DNA of 64,000 nucleotides, from assembly GCA_045863335.1 (NCBI GenBank), contig BTVY01000024.1:40034-104033 (forward strand). The letters are read 5' to 3'. Below are positions 29,010 through 39,013 of the stretch, one piece after another; the stretch's first letter is position 1; every line of letters begins with the position of its first letter. This DNA is from Candidatus Hydrogenedentota bacterium. Lineage in GTDB: Bacteria; Hydrogenedentota; Hydrogenedentia; Hydrogenedentales; SLHB01. The notes under the pieces are model-generated. The model made no database searches, was not told the DNA's origin, and was given only the letters and a program-made list of their open reading frames with translations. A program made the position numbers and the translations under genes.

Positions 29010-29182
29010 TCGCCGGGTTCCTCCGTAACTTCGGGATCCATAAGGCAGGGATTCCGAGCGGCAAATCCTGTCCCCGCAACCCTCGTTTTAAAGTAATACC
29101 ATCATGCCATCCGGATGATACAACAGTCAACAGTTTAAGAAAGGTCTCGGGGGTAGCCCGGGGAGGCCGGGATTGTTCCAAA

Positions 29183-30499
29183 TCATTCTGACGCGGATAC
29201 TTGGTCTACCTGCAATTGCGCCTTGAACACGAGTTCCGCCTTGCAGATGTAATCATGGTCCAGGATGGTGTATCCCCGCCGTTCGAGCGCCTCCTTCAGG
29301 CTCTCGAAGGTATAGAACGTGACGTGCTCGTCGGCGTAGGCGCCCGGAGCGACCATACCGTAGATCCGTTCAATGAGGGGCCACTGCCAGCCGCCGTAGT
29401 CCGGTGTTCCGAGGATGAGAATCCCGCCGGGTTTGAGAATCCGCGTCAGCTCGTCGAGCAGCCGGCCATCTTCATTGGGGATGTGCTCGATAACTTCCGA
29501 GCTGATGACACAATCAAAGCTATCGTCCCGAAATGGCAGGACCATTCCATTGGCCTGGCTAAGGAACCGGTTCGTGCGCCGCATGAAGGCCAGTTTGTCG
29601 TGCCGCATGTCGATACCGACCGCGTTCGGGAGGTCTGCCAGGATCCGGCTGCTGCCGCAGCCCACGTCGCAGATGGAACCATCGCGAGCCGCGAACCGCA
29701 GGATAATGTCGTGCCGTTTGCGCTGCCAGTAGCGTTGGAACCAGATCCGGCTGTCGTGGGCGCGCCAGTCATAGTCAGGAAACTCCACAGAATTGCGGAT
29801 GCGCCACATGCGGTAGAACAGGTGGAGATAGTCCATTCCGAACCTGATTATCCGCGCATGGGATCCGCCGTGCACACGGGGCTGGTAGTGAAAAGGGACT
29901 TCTTTGATGTGGAGCCCGCGTGCGAAAGCCCGCAGCAGGATTTCCACAAGGATGACGAAGTTGGTGAAGCGAATGTCGAAGCGCTCGAAGATTCTGCGGC
30001 GGTACAGCCGGAACCCGCTGGACAGGTCCAGCACCGGGATGGAAAGCCCCTTGCCGAAAAACGCATTGAGAATCTTGCTCAGCATAAGGCGGAACGCGGG
30101 CTGGTCGGCCTTGCCACCCGCTACGTACCGGGATGCAATCACGATGTCGGAATCGTTGCGCGCGTCCCACAAGTGGCGGATGAACTCAGCGGGATGGGAC
30201 ATGTCCGCGTCCATGGTGAGGACGTGCGTGCCGCGCGCTTCGGAAACCCCCCGTAAAATGGCCCGCCCGTAACCGGGGCTCTCCTCGCACACGTAGCGGA
30301 AGGGGTCGCCCTCCTGCTCAACCACGGAGCGGGTGCCGTCGGTGGAGTTACCGTCAATGACCAGCACTTCCCAGGATTCGGTCAGGGAGTCGAGGGCCTC
30401 TCGCAACAGCGGCAGCAGGAGCATGAGGTTCGGGGCCTCGTTCAACGCGGGGATCACCACGCTGAGTTCGCGCGTTTCCGCCTTCAAGGTTACCTTCAT
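29183..30499 (-). CDS. GT2 (DPM1-like) glycosyltransferase fused to a class I SAM methyltransferase
   Basis: SVVIPALNE, IDGNSTDGT, TMDADMSH, DLSSGFR; then DVGCGS, SSEVIEH, LKPGG. AGGAGG RBS before ATG 30499. Confidence 0.9.
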   Translation of the reverse strand: MKVTLKAETRELSVVIPALNEAPNLMLLLPLLREALDSLTESWEVLVIDGNSTDGTRSVVEQEGDPFRYVCEESPGYGRAILRGVSEARGTHVLTMDADMSHPAEFIRHLWDARNDSDIVIASRYVAGGKADQPAFRLMLSKILNAFFGKGLSIPVLDLSSGFRLYRRRIFERFDIRFTNFVILVEILLRAFARGLHIKEVPFHYQPRVHGGSHARIIRFGMDYLHLFYRMWRIRNSVEFPDYDWRAHDSRIWFQRYWQRKRHDIILRFAARDGSICDVGCGSSRILADLPNAVGIDMRHDKLAFMRRTNRFLSQANGMVLPFRDDSFDCVISSEVIEHIPNEDGRLLDELTRILKPGGILILGTPDYGGWQWPLIERIYGMVAPGAYADEHVTFYTFESLKEALERRGYTILDHDYICKAELVFKAQLQVDQVSASE

Positions 30500-30753
30500 T
30501 GCCAGAGACTGCCTCCTAAGAACGATCGCCTGGATGCCCCGCCGGCCGGACGGTACGGCATAGTCCAAGCTTTAACTCAGGGTACGCGTGAATTATTGCA
30601 GACGAAGCGCGCTAACCATAAGCCATTGCGGCAGCGGGATCAAGAGTAAATGGCACGGAATGCCGCGTCACTTGATCGAAATGGGTCCGTATTCGCATAC
30701 TGTTGGTGTAAGGAGAGATTCATGCGCCCCACCAATTCGTGCCGGAGGGACCG

Positions 30754-31095
30754 ATGAAGAAGTCCGAATTCAAAAAGCAGATTCGTGAGGAGGCCAAGCG
30801 CAAGGTCCGCGGACCGCAGGGCGGAACTACGGGCGCGCGAGCGTACCGGGACCGCGTCGAGCAGGGGCGGACGCAGCTGATGCGAAAGAGTTCGGAAGGC
30901 GGAGACACGGGCGCCAAGAAAATCAAGAATGAGCTGACCTATCTTTTGAACAATTACACGCCCAAGTACGACATGCGGATTGAACAGCTCATCGACGCGT
31001 GGCGTACGAGCCACGACCCCAGCTACGACCCGGGCATCAAGGCGAAGTTCCGGAAAGTCCGGCGGGAGCACATGCAGAAAAGCAACCCGTACTGA
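30754..31095 (+). CDS. Hypothetical basic helical protein
   Basis: GGAGG RBS, host codon bias, K/R-rich 113-aa ORF. Confidence 0.75.
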   Translation: MKKSEFKKQIREEAKRKVRGPQGGTTGARAYRDRVEQGRTQLMRKSSEGGDTGAKKIKNELTYLLNNYTPKYDMRIEQLIDAWRTSHDPSYDPGIKAKFRKVRREHMQKSNPY

Positions 31096-31125
31096 GGACG
31101 GTTGCGCATCCCACCCCCGTTGAGT

Positions 31126-31875
31126 TTAGAAGTAGAAGAACAAGTGTTTCGGATAGCCAATTTCGATAGGGGAATCCGGCTCGGGCGATTCGCGTTCAAA
31201 GGCGTCGAACTGGGCTGAGGATAAGGTTTCCAGATCTTCCAAACCCACGGCTACTTCGGATCCCTGCCAGACTTCGGTGATGATGTAGTCGCCGTCGCAG
31301 CGCCACGCAGAAAACTCGAGCGCATAGAGGCCGCCCCGCGACGCGAAGTAGACGCTGCCTGCGAGGGAAGTCACGGGGCTCTCCATATCGGCGGCTTCAA
31401 CGCGTCCACGAATCCCGCCAAAGGCGACCGGGTGAACGTCCGTCCAGTCTACGCCCGCATCCTCCAACTCGGCGCGTAACGTTTCCAAAGCGGTGACGCG
31501 TTCTACCCGCGCGATTTCATCGATGGATGCGGCGAAGACACTTCCAAACGCCTTGGATTCGACATCCGCCAACCGGCGCGATCCTTCATACCCTTCCGCG
31601 CAGGCGGAAAGCATCAGCGACGAGTCGTTCTCCGCGAGACCGGTCAGAAGCAACTCGGTAGTTCGCGTAATGGCACGCCGGTCGGCTCCGAAGAACAGAC
31701 CGTTTTGGACGAGCATTCCACCGCCAAGAATGGCGCCAGACACTACCACCGCAACCGCCAGCGCACCGCTCATAAACCGGCTTCTCGCCCGGCGGCGCGG
31801 TCGCGAAATGGCCGGAGCGTAGATCTGGGCCAAGGCTTCCCCTTCAAACTCAAGACGCTTGCTGAATGTCAACAT
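31126..31875 (-). CDS. Hypothetical single-TM protein
   Basis: Basic stretch then TM ALAVAVVVSGAILGGG; GAGG RBS. Confidence 0.7.
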   Translation of the reverse strand: MLTFSKRLEFEGEALAQIYAPAISRPRRRARSRFMSGALAVAVVVSGAILGGGMLVQNGLFFGADRRAITRTTELLLTGLAENDSSLMLSACAEGYEGSRRLADVESKAFGSVFAASIDEIARVERVTALETLRAELEDAGVDWTDVHPVAFGGIRGRVEAADMESPVTSLAGSVYFASRGGLYALEFSAWRCDGDYIITEVWQGSEVAVGLEDLETLSSAQFDAFERESPEPDSPIEIGYPKHLFFYF

Positions 31876-32268
31876 AGACCCTCGTCAACTCGCGCGCGTG
31901 GCGCGAAGGTATGGTTTCCGATTGATTTGAGACCGTCCGTCGGGCGGCACCTTGGCACTTGGCCCGAGCGAATCACCACCGGAACTAAGGCTACAAACCT
32001 TGGGGGGGCAGGTTCAACTTCGCCAACCACCACCGCTGGTGTCCGGCTATCACCATACCACAAGATGCGGCCCACTGACCAGCCCGACACCTAAGTAATT
32101 ATCCTTTAATCACTTAGCCCGCGCGCTTCGTCCTCAAAGCTCCACCAGAGTTGCACCACGGAAATTCCTGGTGCATTCTTATGGCCCGAATCCCTGGATT
32201 GGTTGCGTCTGTGCGCTCTACTTCGGGATGCGGTACTACTGAAACAGATTCCGAATAGGGGGTCTCAT

Positions 32269-34431
32269 ATGCGCCGATTGCTGACTGTTGTTGCAGTTCT
32301 GGTTGTCGCGTTGGCCGGTTTCGTCGTATTCAGCCGTGCGGGCGGTCCGTCTCGCGCCGAGTATATCGCCGCAGCGCAACACTATGACGTGCGAATCCTC
32401 CGAGATTCGTGGGGAGTCCCCCATATTTTCGGCAAGACCGATGCGGACACTGCGTTCGGCCTGGCCTATGCGCAGGCGGAAGACGACATGCCGACGGTGA
32501 TCGCGTCGCTCATGCAGTCCCGCGGCACGCTGGCATCGGTGCAGGGCAAGGACGCGGCACCGGGGGACTACATGGTGCATCTGCTGCGCGTGTGGCCGAC
32601 GGTGGACGAGAAGTATGAGTCGGATCTCAGCCCCGAGATACGCGCGATCTGCGAAGCCTATGCGGACGGCTTGAACCTTTACGCCGCGCTTCATCCCGAT
32701 GAGGTCAATGGCAAGCTGCTTCCCTTCACGGGCAAGGATGTCGTGGCGGGCTTCGTGTTCAAGGGTCCGTTCTTTTTCGGTCTGGACAACACGATCATGG
32801 ATCTCTTTGGCGACGAGCGAAAGCACCCCGTGTCGGAAAAGAACGAAGCGACGCACGCGATGTCTATTCTCACGGAAGACCTCCCTATCGGTTCAAACAC
32901 GTTTGCGGTCGGCCCCAGGCGGTCCGCCGACGGCAGCACGTTTCTAAACATCAATTCTCATCAACCGTGGGATGGTCCTGTCGCGTGGTACGAAGCGCAC
33001 ATGCACAGCGAGGAAGGCATGGACATCGTGGGCGGCGTGTTTCCCGGGGTGCCGATTATCCTTCACGGGCACAACCGCAACCTGGGTTGGGCGCACACGG
33101 TTAACAAACCGGATCTGGTCGATGTATACGTCCTCGAAATGAATCCAGACAACCCGAATCAGTACAAGTTTGATGGCGAGTGGCGCGATCTTGAAGTCGG
33201 CAGGGCGCCGATCAAGGTGAAGTTGTGGGGACCCTTCTCGTGGACGTTCAAGCGCGAGACCTTGTGGTCCGTACACGGGCCGGTGGTACGGCAAGATCAC
33301 GGCGTCTACGCGATTCGGTACGCGGGCATGGGCGACGTGCGCACGGTCGAACAGTGGTATCGCATGGGCAAGGCGCAGAATATGGATGAGTGGATGGACG
33401 CGATGCGAATGCACGCGATTCCCTCGTTCAACTGCGGCTACGCGGACCGCGAAGGTAACATTGCGTATGTGTACAACGCCAAGTTTCCGAAGCGCGCCGA
33501 AGGCTACAACTGGAAGCAGTATCTGCCTGGCGACACATCAGAGACGCTGTGGACGGAGTTTCTTCCGTTTGACGCAGTCCCGATGGTGGTCAATCCGGAG
33601 TCCGGGTTCGTGCTGAATTGCAATAGCACACCCTATATGACGACCAGCGGTTCAGCGAACCCCGTTCCTGAAGAAATTTCGCCAACGCTCGGCATTGAGA
33701 CGCATATGACGAATCGCGGGCTTCGCGCCATGGAACTATTGAGCGCGGACGAGTCGATCACGGAAGACGAGTTTTACGAATACAAATACGATATGGCCTA
33801 TTCGAGCAAGTCGGAGATCGCGAAAGGTTGGCAGAAGGTGCTGGACGCGGAGGCGCCGGAAGATCCCGTTATCCGGGAGGCGTTGGACGTGTGGCGAACC
33901 TGGGACCTCGGCACGAATCCGGAAAACACGGCGGCGGCAATCTGTGTGCTGACCATCGGCCCGGGTTCGGACAACGATCCGCGCGTGACAAATCTCGAAG
34001 AGACATTCGCGCTGTTGAAGCGCAATGCGGAAGCATTGAAGGCGGCGCACGGACGCATCGACGTTCCCTGGAGCGAGGTCAACCGCATTCACCGGGGCGA
34101 TGTGAATGTGGGCGTCGGCGGAGGTCCGGACATCCTCCACGCGGTCTATGGGTTCCGAGTGCGCAACGGCGAACTGGAAGGGCTCGATGAAAACGGTGAA
34201 GTCTACGGCCGCGCAGGAGATTGCCTGGTATTGATCGCGGCGTGGGATAAGGACGGTAATCTGCATTCGCGCAGCATTCATCAGTATGGTTCCGCAACCA
34301 GCCGCCCGGATTCGCCCCACTACGCGAACCAGGTTCCGCTCTTCGTGAAACGCGAGACAAAGCCCGTGTGGATGGACGAGGAGGACATTCGCGCGAATCT
34401 GGAGCGCGAATACCGGCCGAGGAGAAACTGA
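32269..34431 (+). CDS. Penicillin acylase family (Ntn hydrolase) protein
   Basis: RDSWGVPHI, GLAYAQAED, GSNTFAVG (beta-chain Ser), NSHQPW, WYEAH, WAHTVN. Confidence 0.93.
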   Translation: MRRLLTVVAVLVVALAGFVVFSRAGGPSRAEYIAAAQHYDVRILRDSWGVPHIFGKTDADTAFGLAYAQAEDDMPTVIASLMQSRGTLASVQGKDAAPGDYMVHLLRVWPTVDEKYESDLSPEIRAICEAYADGLNLYAALHPDEVNGKLLPFTGKDVVAGFVFKGPFFFGLDNTIMDLFGDERKHPVSEKNEATHAMSILTEDLPIGSNTFAVGPRRSADGSTFLNINSHQPWDGPVAWYEAHMHSEEGMDIVGGVFPGVPIILHGHNRNLGWAHTVNKPDLVDVYVLEMNPDNPNQYKFDGEWRDLEVGRAPIKVKLWGPFSWTFKRETLWSVHGPVVRQDHGVYAIRYAGMGDVRTVEQWYRMGKAQNMDEWMDAMRMHAIPSFNCGYADREGNIAYVYNAKFPKRAEGYNWKQYLPGDTSETLWTEFLPFDAVPMVVNPESGFVLNCNSTPYMTTSGSANPVPEEISPTLGIETHMTNRGLRAMELLSADESITEDEFYEYKYDMAYSSKSEIAKGWQKVLDAEAPEDPVIREALDVWRTWDLGTNPENTAAAICVLTIGPGSDNDPRVTNLEETFALLKRNAEALKAAHGRIDVPWSEVNRIHRGDVNVGVGGGPDILHAVYGFRVRNGELEGLDENGEVYGRAGDCLVLIAAWDKDGNLHSRSIHQYGSATSRPDSPHYANQVPLFVKRETKPVWMDEEDIRANLEREYRPRRN

Positions 34432-34502
34432 CAGGTGAGGCAAATCGCCGTGAAGACGTGATAGAATTACAGGTAGTCAACGTGCTTTAGGAGACCGTTT
34501 TC

Positions 34503-34718
34503 ATGTTTGACCGGATTACATTCGACGAGGGCATCATGGGCGGGCGGGCGTGTATTCGGGGAATGCGAATTCCAGTATCGCTCATCCTAAATCTCGTCGC
34601 CAATGGCATGCCTAACGAAGCTATTCTGGAAGAATATCCCGATCTGGAGCATGAAGATATTCGGCAGTGCCTCAAATACGCAGCTTTCTTGAGCCGTGAA
34701 GAAATCATTCACGTGTAA
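34503..34718 (+). CDS. DUF433 antitoxin-like protein
   Basis: RITFDEGIMGGRACIRGMRIPV...ILEEYPDLE..DIRQCLKYAA. Confidence 0.9.
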   Translation: MFDRITFDEGIMGGRACIRGMRIPVSLILNLVANGMPNEAILEEYPDLEHEDIRQCLKYAAFLSREEIIHV

Positions 34719-34730
34719 AGGCTCGATACG

Positions 34731-35123
34731 TTGCGATTCCTTGCAGACATGGGCGTATCGTCAAGTACCGTCCAACGGCTAAGGGCCGAAGGACACGATG
34801 CCGTACATCTTCGCGAAGAAGGGCTGCACCGATCGTCCGACTCTGCGATCTTCGAGAAAGCGCGGATAGAGAAACGCATCGTTCTGACATTTGACCTCGA
34901 TTTCGGCGATTTGCTCGCAACCGGCCGCCATGCTTTTCCAAGTGTCGTTATATTTCGAGTTCAAGATCAGACGCCCGCATCCATAATCCCAAAACTACTC
35001 GAAATCATCCAATCACGCCACCAGCAATTGGAAACCGGCGCGATAGTCATCGTAGAAGATTCGCGGCATCGCATCAGAAGGCTGCCGCTTCGTACAACGG
35101 AGGAAGCCCAAGAGACCGATTGA
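34731..35123 (+). CDS. DUF5615 PIN-like toxin
   Basis: MRFLADMGVS, GHDAVH, RIVLTFDLDFG. Confidence 0.88.
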   Translation: MRFLADMGVSSSTVQRLRAEGHDAVHLREEGLHRSSDSAIFEKARIEKRIVLTFDLDFGDLLATGRHAFPSVVIFRVQDQTPASIIPKLLEIIQSRHQQLETGAIVIVEDSRHRIRRLPLRTTEEAQETD

Positions 35124-35190
35124 TCCTTGTGGGATCACTTTGGATTGCGCATCAACAGACACAACCCTGGCTTTGGCTGAGTACGGTTTC

Positions 35191-36243
35191 CTAAATCCAG
35201 CCGTACTGTTTCTCGATGGTTTCGTGGGGCCTGTAGGCGCGTGCGACTTCGGCAATCGGCGGCCCTAAGACGTCGATGCGGTCGCTTTCCATCTCCCCCA
35301 TGCCGGCTTGCGCGCAGAATACCATGTAGCCGATCTTGTGCGGGTCGAATCCCATTAACTGTGCGGCCACGCAGTCCGCGGCGACCCAGTCGGTGCTGGC
35401 CACGGCGACGCGGTGATCGACCGGCGTGCCGCTGACGGGGCCATTGCCTTCCATGCCCTGAAATCCATCGAGGACGGTCAAGTGCGGCCGCAACCGCTGC
35501 GTCAGTTGGAACAGGTTGTAGTGGATGCCCTGGTTCTCCGGCCCACCATGGACGAGGGGCTTGTCGGTAGTGCCTTTGCGGCCGGGGCCCCAGCCCGCGC
35601 CTTTGTCCTTGAGGATACCGCCAACAGTCAGGTTCTTGATGCCGAGCGTGACAACCGCGCGGTCGTGCGTCTTGAATGGCGCGGTGCTGATAACATACGC
35701 GTCGGGATCCATCAGGTACGACGAGTACCGCACCGGCACGGCATGATGCCGTTCGTTGATGAGGTAGACCTTCTCCCAGGGCAGGTCGTCGATGTCGAGG
35801 AACTGTACGCCGTACGTCTGCTCCAAAGCGGGGTACCCGTAGTTTTGATACCCCTCGGTTGTGGGCCCATTCGCAGAGGTCTCGGCGACCGCAATCTCCA
35901 TGTCCGTAACGGACCGCAGAAAGTCGAGCATTCCTTCGAGGCAATCCGCGTGCGTCGCGCACAACTGGTTCTCGGTGTTCACGAGATTGGGTTTGATAAT
36001 GATGCGCTTCTTCGTCGCGAGCCCCGCGCGAATTTGCGGCTCAATGCGTTTCAACGCTTCCAGCACATTTCCCGCGCGGGAATCGCTTTGGCAAAGGGCG
36101 ACCGGACTGCGTGTCACGGCGGACGCGTCCGCCGGTATTTGCGCGTGAGCCATCCAAAAGGCGCCGGCGATACCGCCTGCCGCGGTTGCCAGAAAATTCC
36201 GGCGGCTGACTCCCCCGTTCCGTGTGGTCGTGTACGTCTTCAT
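35191..36243 (-). CDS. Tat-exported DUF362 domain protein
   Basis: SRRNFL Tat motif; IKPNLV, FKTH, TLGIKNL, MEGNGP, STDWVAAD. Confidence 0.88.
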   Translation of the reverse strand: MKTYTTTRNGGVSRRNFLATAAGGIAGAFWMAHAQIPADASAVTRSPVALCQSDSRAGNVLEALKRIEPQIRAGLATKKRIIIKPNLVNTENQLCATHADCLEGMLDFLRSVTDMEIAVAETSANGPTTEGYQNYGYPALEQTYGVQFLDIDDLPWEKVYLINERHHAVPVRYSSYLMDPDAYVISTAPFKTHDRAVVTLGIKNLTVGGILKDKGAGWGPGRKGTTDKPLVHGGPENQGIHYNLFQLTQRLRPHLTVLDGFQGMEGNGPVSGTPVDHRVAVASTDWVAADCVAAQLMGFDPHKIGYMVFCAQAGMGEMESDRIDVLGPPIAEVARAYRPHETIEKQYGWI

Positions 36244-36416
36244 CCCCCGTGTCCTTTCCCCCATCGGACCGAAGCGCCGTTGCGGAGCTTCCGCCATCAA
36301 TCATAACACACTCTTGCAAGCACCATTATCGTCCCGGTGATGGCCCGTGGTTTCGGTCCGGAGGAAGTGGTACAGTCAGTCAAGTCGACAACGGGGGAAC
36401 AACCGAAGGGATTTCT

Positions 36417-38423
36417 ATGCACTGCCAATCCATGATTGCCTCAACCTTGTTTGCGCTCGGCGCCTTCGCGGCGTTCGCACAAGAGACTGTATCTGTTGGC
36501 GAGACTGTCGGCCCGGACCGTGTCGAGCGTCTGTTTGAAGCGCTTGACTTGGAACTACCTCCACTCGCGCCAATCCGCCAGCATGTTCAGGACAAGGACT
36601 GGAATAAGGCGTGCGACGCGTTGCTGGAACATTACCGGCAAGCAGGCAATCCCGCATTTCCGCAGGCCGCCGAACGTCCCGCGCGCAGCGATGCCGCAAT
36701 CGCAATCGCTGACGCGGCGTTGAACGATACGTTTACGTTCTACGACCAGACGGCCACCGTGCCGCGTCGTCCGGATGGCGGTCTGCAGTGGGACTTTACA
36801 GGCCCGGAAAACGACAACGAATGGGCATGGGCCCTCAACCGGCATTTCCATTTGGATTCGCTGCTCAACGCGTATCGCATGACCGGCGATGCGAAGTACG
36901 CGGCCGCATGGGACGCGCAGGTTCGCGATTGGATTCTGCACAACCCGTTTGCCAAGCCTAATGAGAACCCGCTCGTGTGGCGTGGGCTCGAAACCTTCTT
37001 TCGTGTCCGGGCATGGGCTAGAGGGTTCTATACGCTGCAGGACGAGCCGGCATTCACGGATGAGACGCGCATCTTGCTACTTTCCAGCATCCCCGATCAT
37101 GCTCGGTATCTGCGCGAATATCACAAGGACCGCGGCAACTGGGTCGCCATGGAAATGAATGGCCTTGCCACGGCAGGGGTCGCGTGGCCGGAGTTCCGCG
37201 ATGCGCGGGCCTGGGTGGACTACAGTACCGATCGCATGACGCAAGAACTGACAGCGCAGGTCTATCCTGACGGTGCGCAGATGGAACTGACGGCATCTTA
37301 TCATCGCGTCACGTTGGTAAACTTTCAGTCGATGGTCGACCTGTTGCAGGACACGCAGTACGAGTTGCCTGCGGCGTTCTCCGAAACGATCGAAAACATG
37401 TGGAACTATCTCGCATATACGCTACGGCCCAACGGTTATTCGCCGCTGAACAATGACTCGGACCTCGACTACAACGGCCCGAGCCTGGTGCAGAAAGGCT
37501 CGTCCCTCGATCGGCCCGATTGGGCGTACGTCGCAACCAATGGCGCGGAAGGGTCGGCACCGGATGGCTTGCCGTCCCGCGTATTCCCTTGGGCCGGGCA
37601 ACTGGTCATGCGCAGTGGTTGGGACCGCGATGCGCATTGGGCCTTCTTCGATGCTGGTCCCATGGGCATCGGCCACCGCCATGCGGACAAGCTGCATCTG
37701 TCCGTGTCGGCCTATGGGCGCGACATTCTGGTCGACGGCGGACGCTACACCTATGTGGGCGGCACATGGCGCAATTACTTCACTGGGTCGGCGAGCCACA
37801 ATGTGATTCTGATCGACGGTCAGGGACAGCGGAATCATCCGTTTGCGACGGATGCGCCGATGGAGGATCAATTCGTAACCACGCCGGAGTACGATCTGGG
37901 CTATGGCATATTCGAGAGCGGGTTCGGGGATGTGGAAGGCGAAGTGAAGCACGAGCGTCTCGTCTATTACAAACGCGCAGGCTACTGGATCGTCGTGGAC
38001 CGCATCACCACCGACCGTCCGCGACGCGTGAGCGCGCTCTGGCACTACCATCCCGATTGCACCGTTGCCATCGAAGGGCAGAGCGCGGTAAGCACCGACG
38101 CTGATGCGGGCAACGTCCGCATCGTGCCGTCGAGCGGATCACAATGGGATGTGTCACTCGTGGCCGGACGGGAGGAACCGGAAATCCAGGGCTGGTGGAG
38201 CCGGGAGTACAACCACAAGACGCCCTCCCCCGCTGTTGTCTATGACCGCAGCATCAACGGGACGGAGACGTTCGCGTGGCTTATCCTCCCGGCGAAGGGC
38301 GTGCCGTCGGAGGCGACGTTCGAGGCGGTTGCGAACGGTGATACGATCCAATGCACGACCGCGTTCGGCGAAACGAGCGGCACCGTGCAACTTGCCATCG
38401 CCGAACGGCCGAGGGCGCAATGA
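36417..38423 (+). CDS. Heparinase II/III family polysaccharide lyase, exported
   Basis: Signal peptide; EWAWALNRH, NWVAME, PDGAQMELTASYH, MRSGW, GHRHADKL, HNVILIDG. Confidence 0.9.
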   Translation: MHCQSMIASTLFALGAFAAFAQETVSVGETVGPDRVERLFEALDLELPPLAPIRQHVQDKDWNKACDALLEHYRQAGNPAFPQAAERPARSDAAIAIADAALNDTFTFYDQTATVPRRPDGGLQWDFTGPENDNEWAWALNRHFHLDSLLNAYRMTGDAKYAAAWDAQVRDWILHNPFAKPNENPLVWRGLETFFRVRAWARGFYTLQDEPAFTDETRILLLSSIPDHARYLREYHKDRGNWVAMEMNGLATAGVAWPEFRDARAWVDYSTDRMTQELTAQVYPDGAQMELTASYHRVTLVNFQSMVDLLQDTQYELPAAFSETIENMWNYLAYTLRPNGYSPLNNDSDLDYNGPSLVQKGSSLDRPDWAYVATNGAEGSAPDGLPSRVFPWAGQLVMRSGWDRDAHWAFFDAGPMGIGHRHADKLHLSVSAYGRDILVDGGRYTYVGGTWRNYFTGSASHNVILIDGQGQRNHPFATDAPMEDQFVTTPEYDLGYGIFESGFGDVEGEVKHERLVYYKRAGYWIVVDRITTDRPRRVSALWHYHPDCTVAIEGQSAVSTDADAGNVRIVPSSGSQWDVSLVAGREEPEIQGWWSREYNHKTPSPAVVYDRSINGTETFAWLILPAKGVPSEATFEAVANGDTIQCTTAFGETSGTVQLAIAERPRAQ

Positions 38424-39013
38424 TCCTTCTGCGCAAACGCTCCCGATTGCTGAAGGGAACCGCGGTTCTGTTTTGCCTCACCCTCGTCATGTGGCTTGTG
38501 ATCTGGATCTGGTTTCCATCGTTGCCCCAGTATGCGATGCTTTCACTTCTCGGAGCCCTGGTGGGAGCAGACACGCAATACGCACCCGATTTCCACCCTC
38601 TGGAGTGGGACCGGATTAGAGTAGGTGATTCGGAAGAGGCGTTGTACACCCGGTTTGGCAAACCGCTCCTCGAGTCGGACCCTCGAACCGTCTACGACTG
38701 GTCTTATGATGAACTTGAGATGACGATCACATTGGACGACAGCGCCCCCGGCGGAGGCAAGGTCATCAGCAACTCATACGACGAAATGATGAACGCCGGA
38801 ATCGACAAGAGATTCTGGGGGATGACAGGAGAAGAACTTGTGGGCCAACTGGGCGAACCGACATCAATCGAAAAGCGACCGCAGACGCTGGGTCTGTGGT
38901 ACAGCACACCGCAAGGCGGGCTCGGAGGCGGACACTACGTTATGTTCAGAATTGGTGTAGATACGTCGACAGAAAGTGTGATCTGGAAATACCTGGATTT
39001 CTATTGGGACTAG
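38420..39013 (+). CDS. Membrane-anchored hypothetical protein with two BamE/SmpA-like repeats
   Basis: ATGA overlap with the heparinase gene; TM helix; IRVGDSEEALYTRFGKP and GMTGEELVGQLGEP repeats. Confidence 0.65.
   Translation: MILLRKRSRLLKGTAVLFCLTLVMWLVIWIWFPSLPQYAMLSLLGALVGADTQYAPDFHPLEWDRIRVGDSEEALYTRFGKPLLESDPRTVYDWSYDELEMTITLDDSAPGGGKVISNSYDEMMNAGIDKRFWGMTGEELVGQLGEPTSIEKRPQTLGLWYSTPQGGLGGGHYVMFRIGVDTSTESVIWKYLDFYWD

Noticed and set aside
30651-30666. sigma54 promoter TGGCACGGAATGCC
   Set aside because: The GG-to-GC spacing does not fit the strict N10 rule.
39011-39013. Amber read-through (pyrrolysine) fusing 38420-39013 with the in-frame downstream ORF
   Set aside because: The upstream protein ends in a natural-looking FYWD, the downstream part is a recognisable sigma-linker remnant, in-frame juxtaposition has a 1-in-3 chance, and no pyl genes are visible.
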